The position numbers and the translations under genes are program-made. From an uncultured Alphaproteobacteria bacterium (GTDB taxonomy: Bacteria; Pseudomonadota; Alphaproteobacteria; Acetobacterales; Acetobacteraceae), in contig CAWHVQ010000004.1 in NCBI GenBank assembly GCA_963832895.1, forward strand, positions 89,507-153,506: a stretch of 64,000 nucleotides of DNA, given 5' to 3'. The notes beneath the pieces were generated by a model. That model was not told the origin of the DNA and made no database searches. It was given only the letters and a program-made list of their open reading frames with translations. Shown piece after piece: positions 1 to 10,421 of the stretch (position 1 is the first letter of the stretch; the number at the start of each line of letters is the position of its first letter).

Positions 1-419
1 TCTCCTTCAGCAGGGCCGGCGCGATCACGTCATGCACGTAGTCGTAGCCGGAGGGCGGAACTGCGTGGAGCTGAAAGACATCGATGCAGTCGATGCCGAG
101 TTCTCGCAGCGAGTTGTCGAGGCTGGCGATGACACGTTCCGGGGGCCAGCGTTCGCCGCCGCGGATGATGGAGGATTTGGTGGCGATCACCACGCGATCG
201 CGCGGGACGGTCTTGATCGCCTTGCCGACCACGCCCTCGGTGTCATAGGGCGCAGCGGTATCGAGCAGGTTGACGCCTTGGTCGAGCGCGGCATGGATGA
301 TCGCGATGGCGCTGGCCTCGGTGCCGCCGGTGTTCAGCCCCAGCCGGCTGAATCCGCCGCAGCCGAGACCGGCGACGCTGACCTTGAGTTCCGTCCTGCC
401 CAGCGTGGTGTATTCCATG
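1..419 (-). CDS. aldo/keto reductase (N-terminal part; gene runs off the left window edge)
   Basis: Minus-strand translation from ATG (419-417): MEYTTLGRTELKVSVAGLGCGGFSRLGLNTGG...LLDTAAPYDTEGVVGKAI...IDVFQLHAV, a typical AKR N-terminus. It is absent from the supplied ORF track because it has no stop inside the window. Confidence 0.85.
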
Positions 420-518
420 CACGTACCTGCTCCGTGAAGGGGAGCAGGCTAGCGAGCTGGCGGGGGGACGCAACTCGAACCCGGTTATCCTTGTCTGCGC
501 GTCGCCGGCGCGCTCCAG

Positions 519-1073
519 TCAACCACGAACACGACGATCGTTGCCGCCCAGCCGAGCGCCGTCACGTCGCTCGCTGTCGCTGCGTCTCTCGTTGAAGTAG
601 GTTCGATCCATCTGCCGCGCTCCGCACGTCTCGTACAACTTGCGCGCCGCGGCGTTGGACGAATTGGTGGTCCACTCCAGCGACGAGAAGCCTTCGGCGG
701 CTCTCAGTCGCTGCGCAGCCTTCACCAGCAAGCGTCCCACACCGCTGCGTCGCGCCGCCTGCGCCACATAGAGGTCGCGGATGTAGAGCGACAGGGTCAA
801 CTCGGCCGCAGGGAAGGTGACATTCATGACCAGTGAGCCGACGACGGTCTCGCCTGCCACGGCAATGAGGACATGCGGATCGAATGTACTGAGCGGCGGC
901 TTGCACGCCAGGGCCGCCGCCTTGATGGCATCGGCATCCGACACCGGGCGTTTGTAGTGCGTCTGCATTTCCGAGAAGTGGCCGGCGAGGCCCTGAACGT
1001 CGGCCTCGGTCGGGCGGCGGACAATTATGTCCAGCGTGGACTCCTGGTCAGGGGAACTCATTACTTCCGACAT
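519..1073 (-). CDS. GNAT-family N-acetyltransferase
   Basis: 184-aa ORF. Acetyl-CoA binding-type segment ...LYVAQAARRSGVGRLLVKAA...LEWTTNSSNAAARKLYE. Confidence 0.8.
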   Translation of the reverse strand: MSEVMSSPDQESTLDIIVRRPTEADVQGLAGHFSEMQTHYKRPVSDADAIKAAALACKPPLSTFDPHVLIAVAGETVVGSLVMNVTFPAAELTLSLYIRDLYVAQAARRSGVGRLLVKAAQRLRAAEGFSSLEWTTNSSNAAARKLYETCGARQMDRTYFNERRSDSERRDGARLGGNDRRVRG

Positions 1074-1161
1074 TATGAACCTCTGGCCGAGTACTGCGAT
1101 GCGCCGGTGGTAGATCGATCGGCCTTACACGGAGGTGTCGGTTCGGGCTCCGGGGGCGATC

Positions 1162-2559
1162 TCACGCCCGGGAGATCGCCTCCAGCGCCAGTCCCGTGGT
1201 TCGCGGACCGAAGCCGCCGATCGAGATCACCACGATCAGCATGGCAAAGGCGATGAAGCTGAACACCGCGTTCACCCCGCCGAGGTTCAGCAGATAGGCC
1301 ACCGCCAGGCCGGACAGCGCGGCCGACAGCCGGCTCCACGAATACACAAAGCCTATGGCACGTGAGCGGATGCGGGTGGGGAACAACTCGGCCTGGTAGC
1401 TGTGAAAGCTGTAAGACATCCAGTTGTTGCACAGCGTCACCAGCACGCCGAGTACGATCAGCATGGCGCCATCCGTGGCATTGGCGAACAGCATGCCGAA
1501 CACGCCGATGCCGACCGCGCCGCCGCACACCTGCCACTTCCGCTCCATCTTGTCGGCGATCAGCGTGCCGATCAGGGGGCCAACCGGATTGGCGATGGCG
1601 ATGACGAACGAATAGAACAGGCTGGTGGTGATGGTGATGCCCTTGGCGATCAGCAGCGTCGGCACCCAGGCGGCAAAGCCGTAATAGCCGAAGGTCTGGA
1701 AGAAGTTGAACACGGACAGGATGATGGCGCGCTTGTCGTAAGGCGGCTGCCACATCTCGGCGAAGCTGCCGGCGCCTTCGTCCTGAGCCATGGCTGGACC
1801 AGGCGCCGGGAGTGTCCCGACCTCAGCCGCGACCTTTGCCTCGATCGCCGCGGTGATTGCCTCGGCCTGTGCGAGGCGGCCGTGCCGCGCCAGCCAGCGC
1901 GGGGATTCCGGCAGGCCGAGACGGATGAACCAGATCACGACGGCGCCAGCCGAGCCGATCAGCACCACCCAGCGCCAGCCGTCGAAGCCGAACGGGGCAT
2001 TCGGCACCAGCAGGTAGGCGATGAACGCCACAATCGGCACGGCGAGGAACTGGAAGAACTGGCTGTAGGCGAAGGCACGGCCGCGATGGGTTAGCGGGAC
2101 CAGCTCCGCGACATAGGTGTCGATCGTCACGAGTTCGACGCCGATGCCGATGCCGGCGATGAAGCGCCAGAGATCGACGGCGAAACCCGAGCTCTGGAAG
2201 GCCATGATGGCGGTGGTGATCGAGTACCAGATCAGGGAGAAGGTGAACACGGTGCGGCGGCCGTACTGGTCGGCCACGTGGCCCAGGCAGATCGCGCCGA
2301 CGAAGAGGCCGGCGAACAGGGCGAAGACGAACGTGCCGATACCGGCCACGTGGTACGGGCCCAGGGCGTTGAAGACGCCGAGTGATTCTGGCGTGAAATA
2401 GCCGGCCCGGTTCAACCCTGGAGCAATATAGGCGGTGAGGAACAGGTCGTAGAGCTCGAAGCAACCGCCGAGGGAGATCAGCGTGACCAGGTACCAGATG
2501 TGCCGGGCCATCGGCAGCCGATCCAGTCTGGCTGCGAGCTGTGCGGCGCTGCTTTCCAT
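1162..2559 (-). CDS. MFS transporter (sugar-porter/metabolite:H+ symporter-like)
   Basis: 465-aa ORF with about 12 hydrophobic segments. MFS motifs GHVADQYGRR and PESPRWL. Confidence 0.85.
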   Translation of the reverse strand: MESSAAQLAARLDRLPMARHIWYLVTLISLGGCFELYDLFLTAYIAPGLNRAGYFTPESLGVFNALGPYHVAGIGTFVFALFAGLFVGAICLGHVADQYGRRTVFTFSLIWYSITTAIMAFQSSGFAVDLWRFIAGIGIGVELVTIDTYVAELVPLTHRGRAFAYSQFFQFLAVPIVAFIAYLLVPNAPFGFDGWRWVVLIGSAGAVVIWFIRLGLPESPRWLARHGRLAQAEAITAAIEAKVAAEVGTLPAPGPAMAQDEGAGSFAEMWQPPYDKRAIILSVFNFFQTFGYYGFAAWVPTLLIAKGITITTSLFYSFVIAIANPVGPLIGTLIADKMERKWQVCGGAVGIGVFGMLFANATDGAMLIVLGVLVTLCNNWMSYSFHSYQAELFPTRIRSRAIGFVYSWSRLSAALSGLAVAYLLNLGGVNAVFSFIAFAMLIVVISIGGFGPRTTGLALEAISRA

Positions 2560-2660
2560 GTGTCCCTCGTTGGTAGCTTCAACCCGATGGAGGGCCTAGG
2601 CTGGCATGCGTCAAGGCGCAACCTTGTGAACGGCGACCGGCCACGCCATCTAGCGCCGTC

Positions 2661-3227
2661 ATGCAGAACATCATGAACGCCGCCGCCGACCCGACCGGGT
2701 GGCACGGCACCACCATCCTGTGCGTCAGGCGGGATGGACACGTAACGATGGCCGGAGACGGCCAGGTCTCCATGGGTCAGACGATCGTAAAGGGGAACGC
2801 CCGCAAGGTGCGCCGGATCGGCGTCGACGGGGCGGTTCTGGCAGGCTTCGCAGGCGCGACCGCCGACGCGTTCACCCTGCTCGAACGGCTGGAGAGCAAG
2901 CTGGAGCGGTTTCCCGGTCAGCTCGAACGCGCCTGCGTCGATCTGGCCAAGGACTGGCGGACCGATCGCTACCTGCGCCGGCTGGAGGCGATGATGGCGG
3001 TGGCCGACAAGGACCGCAGCTTCACGCTGACCGGCACGGGCGACGTGCTGGAGCCGGAGGACGGCGTGATCGGCATCGGCTCCGGCGGCAACTACGCATT
3101 GTCGGCCGCACGTGCGCTGATGGCGGTGGACGGGCTGTCAGCCGAGGAGATTGCTCGGCGTGCCCTGAAGATTGCCGCCGACATCTGCGTCTACACCAAC
3201 AACAACGTCATATTCGAGACCATATAA
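2661..3227 (+). CDS. hslV: ATP-dependent protease subunit HslV
   Basis: [13 protein letters not shown]...MAGDGQVS...[10 protein letters not shown] is the canonical HslV N-terminal Thr protease. It lies directly upstream of hslU. Confidence 0.95.
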   Translation: MQNIMNAAADPTGWHGTTILCVRRDGHVTMAGDGQVSMGQTIVKGNARKVRRIGVDGAVLAGFAGATADAFTLLERLESKLERFPGQLERACVDLAKDWRTDRYLRRLEAMMAVADKDRSFTLTGTGDVLEPEDGVIGIGSGGNYALSAARALMAVDGLSAEEIARRALKIAADICVYTNNNVIFETI

Positions 3228-4553
3228 ATGGAAGTTCCCACCTATTCGCCGCGCGAGATCGTCTCTGAACTCGACCGCTTCATCGTCGGGCAGACCGACG
3301 CCAAGCGCGCGGTCGCGATCGCGCTGCGCAATCGTTGGCGCCGGCAGCAACTGCCGGAGGAAATGCGCGAGGAAGTTGTTCCCAAGAACATCCTGATGAT
3401 CGGCCCCACCGGCTGCGGCAAGACCGAGATCGCGCGCCGGCTGGCCAAGCTGGCGCAGGCGCCGTTTCTGAAGGTTGAGGCGACGAAGTTCACCGAGGTG
3501 GGCTATGTCGGCCGCGACGTCGAAAGCATCGCGCGCGATCTGGTCGAGGCCAGCATCACCATGCTGCGCGAGGCGTCTCGCAAGGAGGTGCAGGCGCAGG
3601 CCGAGCTGGCGGCGGAGGAGCGGCTGATCACAGCGCTGGTCGGCGAAGGTGCGGCGGCCGACACGCGCTCGAAATTCCGCCGCATGCTGCGCAACGGCGA
3701 ATTCGAGCAGAAGGAGATCGAGATCGAGGTCTCCCAGTCGGGTGGCATGCCGATCGGCCAGCTCGATATTCCGGGCATGCCGCCGGGGCAGGTTATCAAC
3801 ATCGGCGAGATGATGAAGGGCATGTTCGGCGGCGGCCGACCGACGCAGAAGCGGAAGCTTACCGTGGAGGCGGCGCGCCGCCTGCTGCAGGAGGAGGAAG
3901 CCGACCGGCTGCTCGACAACGACCGGCTGACCAAGGATGCGGTGTCACATGCCGAGAACAACGGCATCGTGTTCATCGACGAGATCGACAAGGTGGCGGC
4001 GCGCACGATGGAGGGCGGCTTCCGCGGCGGCGACGTCTCCCGAGAGGGCGTGCAGCGCGACCTGCTGCCGCTGATCGAGGGCACCACGGTCAGCACGAAG
4101 TATGGCACGGTGAGGACCGACCACGTGCTGTTCATCGCCTCGGGTGCGTTCCATCTGTCGAAGCCGTCCGACCTGCTGCCGGAGTTGCAGGGGCGGCTGC
4201 CGATCCGCGTGGAGCTGGCGCCGCTGTCGCGCGACGATCTGCGGCGAATTCTGACCGAGCCGGAGCACTCGCTGCTGAAGCAGTCCGCCGCACTGCTGGG
4301 AACCGAGAAGGTCACTCTGGTGTTCACCGATGACGCGGTGGATGCGCTGGCGGAGCTGGCCGCCGACATCAACGACCGCGTGGAGAATATCGGCGCGCGG
4401 CGGCTGCACACGGTGCTGGAGCGGCTGCTGGAGGAGATCAGCTTCACCGCCACCGACAAGGCGGGCGAGAGGATCACGGTTGACGCCGCCTATGTGAACG
4501 AGCGGGTGGCGCCGCTGGCCCAGAAGGGGGATCTGAGCCGGTTCATTTTGTAG
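3228..4553 (+). CDS. hslU: ATP-dependent protease ATPase subunit HslU
   Basis: 441 aa. [16 protein letters not shown], Walker [16 protein letters not shown], and C-terminal ...DLSRFIL. The start abuts the hslV stop. Confidence 0.95.
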   Translation: MEVPTYSPREIVSELDRFIVGQTDAKRAVAIALRNRWRRQQLPEEMREEVVPKNILMIGPTGCGKTEIARRLAKLAQAPFLKVEATKFTEVGYVGRDVESIARDLVEASITMLREASRKEVQAQAELAAEERLITALVGEGAAADTRSKFRRMLRNGEFEQKEIEIEVSQSGGMPIGQLDIPGMPPGQVINIGEMMKGMFGGGRPTQKRKLTVEAARRLLQEEEADRLLDNDRLTKDAVSHAENNGIVFIDEIDKVAARTMEGGFRGGDVSREGVQRDLLPLIEGTTVSTKYGTVRTDHVLFIASGAFHLSKPSDLLPELQGRLPIRVELAPLSRDDLRRILTEPEHSLLKQSAALLGTEKVTLVFTDDAVDALAELAADINDRVENIGARRLHTVLERLLEEISFTATDKAGERITVDAAYVNERVAPLAQKGDLSRFIL

Positions 4554-4598
4554 GCTGCGCTCAGCCTGTAAGGTTCGCATCACGCGCATGTCAGGATC

Positions 4599-4643
4599 GG
4601 ATCAGAGGCAGGTACGGCTATAGGCTGACCTGCCGCCTGATCC
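4599..4643. other. long imperfect hairpin between hslU and the crp-like gene (terminator/REP-like, no U-tract)
   Basis: GGATCAGAGGCAGGT-(14-nt loop)-ACCTGCCGCCTGATCC. Roughly 15 of 16 stem positions pair. It lies 46 nt after the hslU stop. Confidence 0.3.
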
Positions 4644-4684
4644 GTCCGGGCAAACCGTCCCGTCAACATCAGAGGGGAGCGGCC

Positions 4685-5476
4685 ATGACAACGGAGTCGC
4701 CGAGCGCGAAGGCCGTCGTCAGGTCGTCGCTTGTACAGAGGCTGTCGCGGTTCGTCAGTCTGTCGTCCGCTGAGACCGCGGTCCTGGAAGATCTCCAGTC
4801 GACCACCCGCGTGGTTCGGCACAACCGGGAAATCATCACCCAGGGCCGCCGATACGGTGGGCTGCTGGTGACGGTCGAGGGTATCTCGGTACGCTATCGG
4901 ATCCTGCGTGACGGTCGGCGTCAGGTGCTGGACGTCGCACTCCCGGGGGACCTGATCGGCTTTCCCGCGTGTTTCTTCGAAAGCGCACCGTACTCGATCA
5001 GCGCTCTCACCGATACGGTGCTGGCCTGCATCCCGTTGCCGGTGCTCGGCGGACTGTTCAAGACACAACCGCGGCTGGCGGCTGCGATCTTCTGGTCGTT
5101 CGCGTCGGAGGCTGCGATATACATCGAGCATCTGACGGATGTCGGGCGGCGCTCGGCACTCGAGCGCGTTGCCCACTTCCTGCTCGAATTGCTGGTGCGA
5201 TTTCAGAGCATCGGCCGCGGCGACGAATGTTCGTTCCCGATGCCGCTGACCCAGGAGCTGCTGGCCGACGCGCTGGGTCTGAGCGTACCGCACGTCAACC
5301 GCACGCTGCGGCAATTACGCGACGACGACCTGGTGCGCATCGACGCGCACCGGGTGATCGTGAAGGACGTCGAGGCACTGTCGGCGCTGGCCGACTTCGA
5401 TCGATCGTATCTCGGTCGATTTCGTCCGGTCGATCTGTTCGATGCGGCCGCCGCCGGGCCGCCTGTGCTGCAGTAG
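4685..5476 (+). CDS. Crp/Fnr-family transcriptional regulator
   Basis: 263 aa with an N-terminal cNMP-binding-like beta-barrel and a C-terminal HTH (LTQELLADALGLSVPHVNRTLRQLRDDDLV). Confidence 0.85.
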   Translation: MTTESPSAKAVVRSSLVQRLSRFVSLSSAETAVLEDLQSTTRVVRHNREIITQGRRYGGLLVTVEGISVRYRILRDGRRQVLDVALPGDLIGFPACFFESAPYSISALTDTVLACIPLPVLGGLFKTQPRLAAAIFWSFASEAAIYIEHLTDVGRRSALERVAHFLLELLVRFQSIGRGDECSFPMPLTQELLADALGLSVPHVNRTLRQLRDDDLVRIDAHRVIVKDVEALSALADFDRSYLGRFRPVDLFDAAAAGPPVLQ

Positions 5477-5479
5477 GTG

Positions 5480-6895
5480 TCAGGCCAGTTCGGGCACTCG
5501 CTCGGTGAAGGTCTCGAGGTTGCCGAGTGTCTCGCGGCCGAACATCAGAGGGATGCAGGCACCGACCGCGACCACGCCGACCATCGAGCCGAAGAATATC
5601 GCCGGTGAACCGGTGTGCGATGCCATCACGAACGGTGCAATCACTCCGGCGAATATTCGCCCGAATGACTTGCCGAAGAAATGCCCACGTCCACGCAATG
5701 CGGTTGGGAACTGCTCCGACAGGTACATGCGCACCGCCGGGAATGCGGAGAGCACGGTGAAGCCGGTGATCAGCGTTCCCACCTCGAAGACGATTGTCGA
5801 GGCGGAACCCATCTGGTGCGCCGTCATCATCATGATCAGGCCGGGGATTGCCAGCACGAACGAACCGGTGATTGTCCAACGGCGACCCACGATCTCCATC
5901 ATGTAGCCGTTGAAGAGCTTGCCTGGGATGCTCGCCGCGAACACCAGCGAGCTTAGGCCAAAGCTCACCGCGACAGCGGCACCCTGATCGACCAGAGCTT
6001 TCGGCAACAGGATCGCGATCAGGTAGTATGCGGTGCCGGCGGCAATGCCGCACAGGATGCCGACAGTTGTCCAGCGGATCTGGCCAGGCGCGAACAGCTT
6101 CCAGAATGAAGGCAGCGCCTCCGGCTGAAGTTCAGGGTGCGACCCAAGCTCGGCCGCCGTCATTGGCGCGACGCGGTTGCCACATCGCCGGATCAAAAGA
6201 TTGACCGTGTCGACCGCATCCTGAACCCGGCCGCGCCGCAGCAGCCAGCGCGGGCTTTCGGGGATCAGGAACCAGATCAGCACCGGTGCGATGAACAACG
6301 TGACGCCACCGGGCAATCCAACCAGACGGAAACCGTTCGGATGATCAGCGAGGATGAAGCCGACAAACGGCAGCAACGTGAAGGCGCTGGCGAGCAGCAC
6401 TTCGTAGATCCCGGCGTAGGTGCGCCTGTGTTGCGCCGGCATCAGCTCGGCTGCGATCGGAAATGGCGCCGAGATTGCGAATCCGAGCCCGATGCCAGTG
6501 ACCAGGCGCAGCGCCAGCAGTTGCGTGAAATCCTGCGCCACAAGGATCAGCAGCGTGCACAACGTACTGATGATGACGCCGACCTGCATCACAGCCACCC
6601 GGCTGATGCGGTCTGACATCGCCGCGGCCGCGAAGCCACCGAGCACGACGACAAGGGTCGGCCACACGGCGAGGGCACGGATCTGGTCGGGGTCCAGGTT
6701 GAGGGGCTGCCTGGCGAGCACCAGCAGAGAGCCGCTGAGCGCCAGGTCGTAGCCCTCGATGAAGCCAACGAACCCGAGCACCAGGATAAGCAGAACGTGG
6801 TATCCGCTGAACGGGATGCTATCGAGCTTACGTCCCAGAAGATGGCTGGCCGGTACAGCCGACCACACCATGGCAGGTGCTGCTGACATGGGCAT
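5480..6895 (-). CDS. MFS transporter
   Basis: 471 aa, multiple TM segments, PESPRWLLRRGR motif. Convergent with the crp-like gene. Confidence 0.85.
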   Translation of the reverse strand: MPMSAAPAMVWSAVPASHLLGRKLDSIPFSGYHVLLILVLGFVGFIEGYDLALSGSLLVLARQPLNLDPDQIRALAVWPTLVVVLGGFAAAAMSDRISRVAVMQVGVIISTLCTLLILVAQDFTQLLALRLVTGIGLGFAISAPFPIAAELMPAQHRRTYAGIYEVLLASAFTLLPFVGFILADHPNGFRLVGLPGGVTLFIAPVLIWFLIPESPRWLLRRGRVQDAVDTVNLLIRRCGNRVAPMTAAELGSHPELQPEALPSFWKLFAPGQIRWTTVGILCGIAAGTAYYLIAILLPKALVDQGAAVAVSFGLSSLVFAASIPGKLFNGYMMEIVGRRWTITGSFVLAIPGLIMMMTAHQMGSASTIVFEVGTLITGFTVLSAFPAVRMYLSEQFPTALRGRGHFFGKSFGRIFAGVIAPFVMASHTGSPAIFFGSMVGVVAVGACIPLMFGRETLGNLETFTERVPELA

Positions 6896-7040
6896 TCACT
6901 CCCTTTGGGACTGGCCGGCGATACGTCTGCACAACGCGACGCATCCGCGCGGGCTTGGCTTGGCCAGTCCGATTGAGGTTCCCGCTTGTCGAAGGCGGAG
7001 CTTATGCGCCGTGAGTTGGCCGCGTCTTTGATGCAGGCGA

Positions 7041-7054
7041 TTGATCTAGATTAA
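7041..7054. promoter_or_regulatory. FNR/FixK-like box (one mismatch) upstream of the MFS gene
   Basis: TTGAT-CTAG-ATTAA versus consensus TTGAT-N4-ATCAA (9/10 half-site positions). About 150 nt upstream of the MFS start at 6895. Confidence 0.3.
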
Positions 7055-7117
7055 CATTCCAGCTCATAGAGGCGTCCGCAGCATGGAACGAGCCTGGCGA
7101 GCGGCTCCCTGCTGTCG

Positions 7118-9143
7118 TCAATGAAATCCCGCTTTCTTCAGGCCTTCGAGCATCCGGTCCTGCGCCTCCTGCGTGCCGAATTGCGCGACGAACGTGCCGG
7201 CATCGAGCAACGGCCACAAGCGCGCGGTGACGGCGCGCTCGCGCTCCGCATCCTGCTGTCGGCCCTCCTCGGCGTAGGCAGCCGCCATCATCGGGTGCGT
7301 GATCATCTGGGTATTGCGCCCAGGGTTGCGGGAAAGTGCACGGTCGCCGGCATCGACGGCCTCGCGATATCGGCCAAGCAGATAATACGTCATGCAGAGC
7401 CGCGCGGCTGCGAAGCCATTGGCTCGGTCGAAGCGGAGCGCACCCTCCAGCCACGGCAATGCTTCCGCGGCTTTGCCCGCCCATACCAGGATGGAGCCAC
7501 GGGCGGCGTAGTTGTCCGCATCGCTCGGATTGATCTCGAGCGCATGGTCGACCTGAGCAAGCGCGAGATCGTAGCGTTTTCTGAACAGATTGATCTGGGC
7601 GAGGAGGCGGTAGGCGCGTGTCGTTGCCGGATCAAGCGCCAGCGCCTTGAGGGCAAGCGCTTCCGCGCGTTCGAGCTCGTCCGTGCGGAATTCGGACCAG
7701 CCTGATATCACGGCTTCGTAATGGGCGAAGCCCAGTGCGGCGTAGGCGTCGGCGTAGTTCGGGTCGAGATCGATGGCCCGTTGAAACAGGTCGCTCGCCC
7801 TGTCGTTCTCATCGCGCGTCTCTTGCGAGAACGCATCACGGCCGCGTAGAACGTACTGGTACGCCGCGAGGTTGCTGGTGGGTTTGGCCAGCACGCGCTC
7901 TTGCTCGAAGCGGGTGAGCTCCACGGCTGCTGCGCCGACGACCCGCTTGGTGATCTTGTCCTGCACGGCGAAGATATCGTCGACTTCGGCATCATATGTC
8001 TCGGACCAGACGAGCCGTCCCGTCGTCGAATTCGGTCAGTTCAACGCTGACCCGAACGCGACTGCCGGCGCGACGAATGCTGCCCGTGACCAAATACCGC
8101 GCATTCAGCAGGCGTCCGATATCAGCCGGTGCCGCGTTTGAGTCCTTGAACGGAAAACTGGCCGACTTCGAGATGACGAGCAGATTGGAGAAACGGCCCA
8201 GCGCCGTGATGATGTCCTCTGTGATCCCGTCGCTGAAGAAGTCATGGCCGTCGTCGGCCGACAGGTTCTTAAATGGCAAAATCGCGACCGAAGGACGCTC
8301 GGCGAGGCGAGCCGGTGCGGCGAGGGCCGCCACTTCGACCGGCTTCACCGCAGTGCCGGGACCGAATGGGGCGAGTCTCCCACCTGCGTGCAACGCCCAG
8401 GCAATAAAACCCGCCGATATGAACACGGCGGCTCCCGCAACAGCAATCAGAGCCCGGCGCTTTCTCTTTCGCACTATCGCGGCGACATTCTTGACACCGT
8501 CATCGCCGGGCAGGTGGTGATCAGAATCAGGTTTCAAAATGAATGCCTGGACAGGTCGCGCAATGTTCTTCAGCTTTAGCGACCCCAGTTCCTCAAAAGC
8601 GAGATCGAGCCGGCCGTGCACATGGTCCCGGACCGCTCGGGAGACACATATGCCGCCAGGCGGGCACTCAGCTTCGAGCCTGACCGCGACATTGACCACG
8701 TCACCGTGCAGATCGGTGCCATCCGCGATCGCATCGCCGATGTTGATCCCGATCCGAAAGCGGATAGCCCGATCAGGCAGTTGGTCACCATCGAAGATAG
8801 GAACATCCTGCTGCACCTTGACCGCAAAGCGTACCGCCCCATCGATACTGTTGAATACCATCAGCAGGGAGTCGCCCCCGGTCTGAACAATTCTACCGCC
8901 ATGCCCGTCGAGGCCGGGATCGATGACCTCGCTCCGGAGTTTGCGCAGCCGTTCGAGCGTTTGCAGGTCATCCAGCCCGATCAGGCGGCTGTAGCCGACC
9001 ATGTCGGCATAGACGACCGCGATAAGTCGCCGTGGATCCGGAAGCCCACCCGTCATGTTCGATGTACTGGTCATCGGCATGGTGGACGCCTTACCGGCAA
9101 TGCGGCAGGCCAAAACGCCATTCAGAAGCCTCCTGAACGACAC
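7118..9143 (-). pseudogene. adenylate/guanylate cyclase-TPR protein, split by a +1 frameshift near 7995-8030
   Basis: ORF 7992-9143 carries the class III cyclase domain (VVYADMVGYSRL...GDSLLMVF...GINIGD), a TM segment and a TolB-like segment. ORF 7118-7966 carries the TPR repeats. The conserved linker LVWSETYDAEVDDIFAVQDKIT reads through in the second frame across the first ORF's stop. Confidence 0.75.
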
Positions 9144-9274
9144 CCTAGCACCCGCCGCCCTTCTGCCGATACTTGGATTGGCGCCAAGCGGATTTGTTTG
9201 ACCCGGGCAATAGACAGTGCGCAGTATCTCGCCATCAGGGACTGGTCATTGAAGCCCTGGAGGGGGAAAAGGCC

Positions 9275-10120
9275 ATGTCGAGAGCTGCTTTTCTTTCACC
9301 GGTGTGGGCGGCTGCATTGGTCGCTCTGCTCTGCGTGACACCTTTCGGGTCTACCGCCCGGGGCGACGAGCCGCGGCTGTCGATTAGCGGCTACGATCCG
9401 GTCGCCTATTTCACCGATGGGAAACCCGCGCCGGGCAAACCGGATCTTGAATATCTGTGGCATAAACTCCGCTGGCGCTTTGCCAGCGCTGAGCATCGCG
9501 ATCTGTTCAGCAAGGATCCGGAGCACTACGCGCCGCAATACGACGGCTACTGTGCGATGGGCGCATCGGGCGACGCCGCAGCGCATAAGGACACCGTCGA
9601 TCCGGAGGCTTGGGCCATCGTCGACGGCAAGCTTTATCTGGTTCACAACGGCTATTGGCTTGCCAAATGGCAAGAACAGGCCAAGGAGTACATAAAGCGG
9701 GCCGACGCGAACTGGCAGGTCGTCGCGGACCTGCCGGCCCCGACCATCGTCGGACCACCCTGCGCTGCCTCCCCGCCCACGACCCTGGTCGCACTGCGCG
9801 ATGGCGGGAAATGGCTGGTGGTCGGCGGGCAGGTCGCGCGCGATGCGGCCGGGAATGCCGTCGGGAAGGGCGATATGCGGGCGCAGATCGAACAGGTCGG
9901 CGAAAATGTCGGAGCGTGCCTCAAGGTCGCCGGTGCAACCGTCAACAACATTGTATTTACGGTAAGCCATGTCGCGGCGCCCGCAGAACTCGACAAATAC
10001 GCCGACCTGCTGCCGCGCTATTTCGGCCCCCCCTCACCGGAGAGCACCACCGTCACCATGCCGCAGCTATCCGATCCGGACTTGCTGCTGGAGGTCCAGG
10101 CCATTGCGGCGATCAAGTGA
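9275..10120 (+). CDS. secreted YHS-like domain protein fused to a RidA/YjgF-like domain
   Basis: Signal peptide MSRAAFLSPVWAAALVALLCV. YHS-type segment GYDPVAYF...YDGYCAMG...KADANW. Pro-rich linker, then a RidA-like C-terminus (...VFTVSHV...LLLEVQAIAAIK). Confidence 0.75.
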   Translation: MSRAAFLSPVWAAALVALLCVTPFGSTARGDEPRLSISGYDPVAYFTDGKPAPGKPDLEYLWHKLRWRFASAEHRDLFSKDPEHYAPQYDGYCAMGASGDAAAHKDTVDPEAWAIVDGKLYLVHNGYWLAKWQEQAKEYIKRADANWQVVADLPAPTIVGPPCAASPPTTLVALRDGGKWLVVGGQVARDAAGNAVGKGDMRAQIEQVGENVGACLKVAGATVNNIVFTVSHVAAPAELDKYADLLPRYFGPPSPESTTVTMPQLSDPDLLLEVQAIAAIK

Positions 10121-10296
10121 GCCCGGGAGGCTCGTGTGAAGTCTCAGCGCCCCCGGGACTGCCGCACGGGCGCCAGCGATCACTGCCGTCGCGTTGGAGA
10201 TCTGCCACGAATTGGCGAAGCGACGGCGACCGGCTGACGGATTGACGGGGCAATCGGCATCGCATTAGGGTGCGCCCCGCCGGGATCGCCCCGGCC

Positions 10297-10352
10297 CTCG
10301 CGATTTGTCCGGCCGGATTGCGGCGAGGTGAAACAAGCGCGCTAAAGAGGCC
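10297..10352 (+). promoter_or_regulatory. candidate SAM-II (metA-element) riboswitch in the metZ leader
   Basis: CUCGCGAUUUGUCCGGCCGGAUUGCGGCGAGGUGAAACAAGCGCGCUAAAGAGGCC. It shows the remembered SAM-II landmarks in order: CGAUUU, GGC..UUGC..GCC, AAAC and CGCUAAAG-AGC. The 3' tail can pair with the loop (GGCC/GGCC) to form a pseudoknot. It lies 70 nt upstream of the metZ ATG. Confidence 0.5.
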
Positions 10353-10421
10353 AGCGGACAGCCCATCAGACGGGCTCAAGCTGCTCCACCGGTCGGGCCA
10401 AATGTTCAGAGGGCCCAGACG

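Noticed and set aside
455-500. tRNA-like T-loop string (minus strand CCGGGTTCGAGTTGCGTCCCCCCGCCA).
   Set aside because: The flanks of the GGTTCGAGT string cannot form a T-stem or an acceptor stem, and no anticodon or D arm can be built. It is judged a chance match in the AKR/GNAT intergenic region.
3503-4477. 324-aa ORF antisense to hslU. The same applies to many other long antisense or shadow ORFs: 36703-38187(-), 42049-43452(+), 44200-45420(-), 50955-52469(-), 55874-57157(+), 60488-61543(-), 27253-28236(-) and 27198-28193(+).
   Set aside because: They overlap genes with unmistakable conserved motifs on the other strand or frame. Their translations are Arg/Ala/Pro/Ser-rich low-complexity strings, typical of open frames in high-GC DNA. 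They have no start context.
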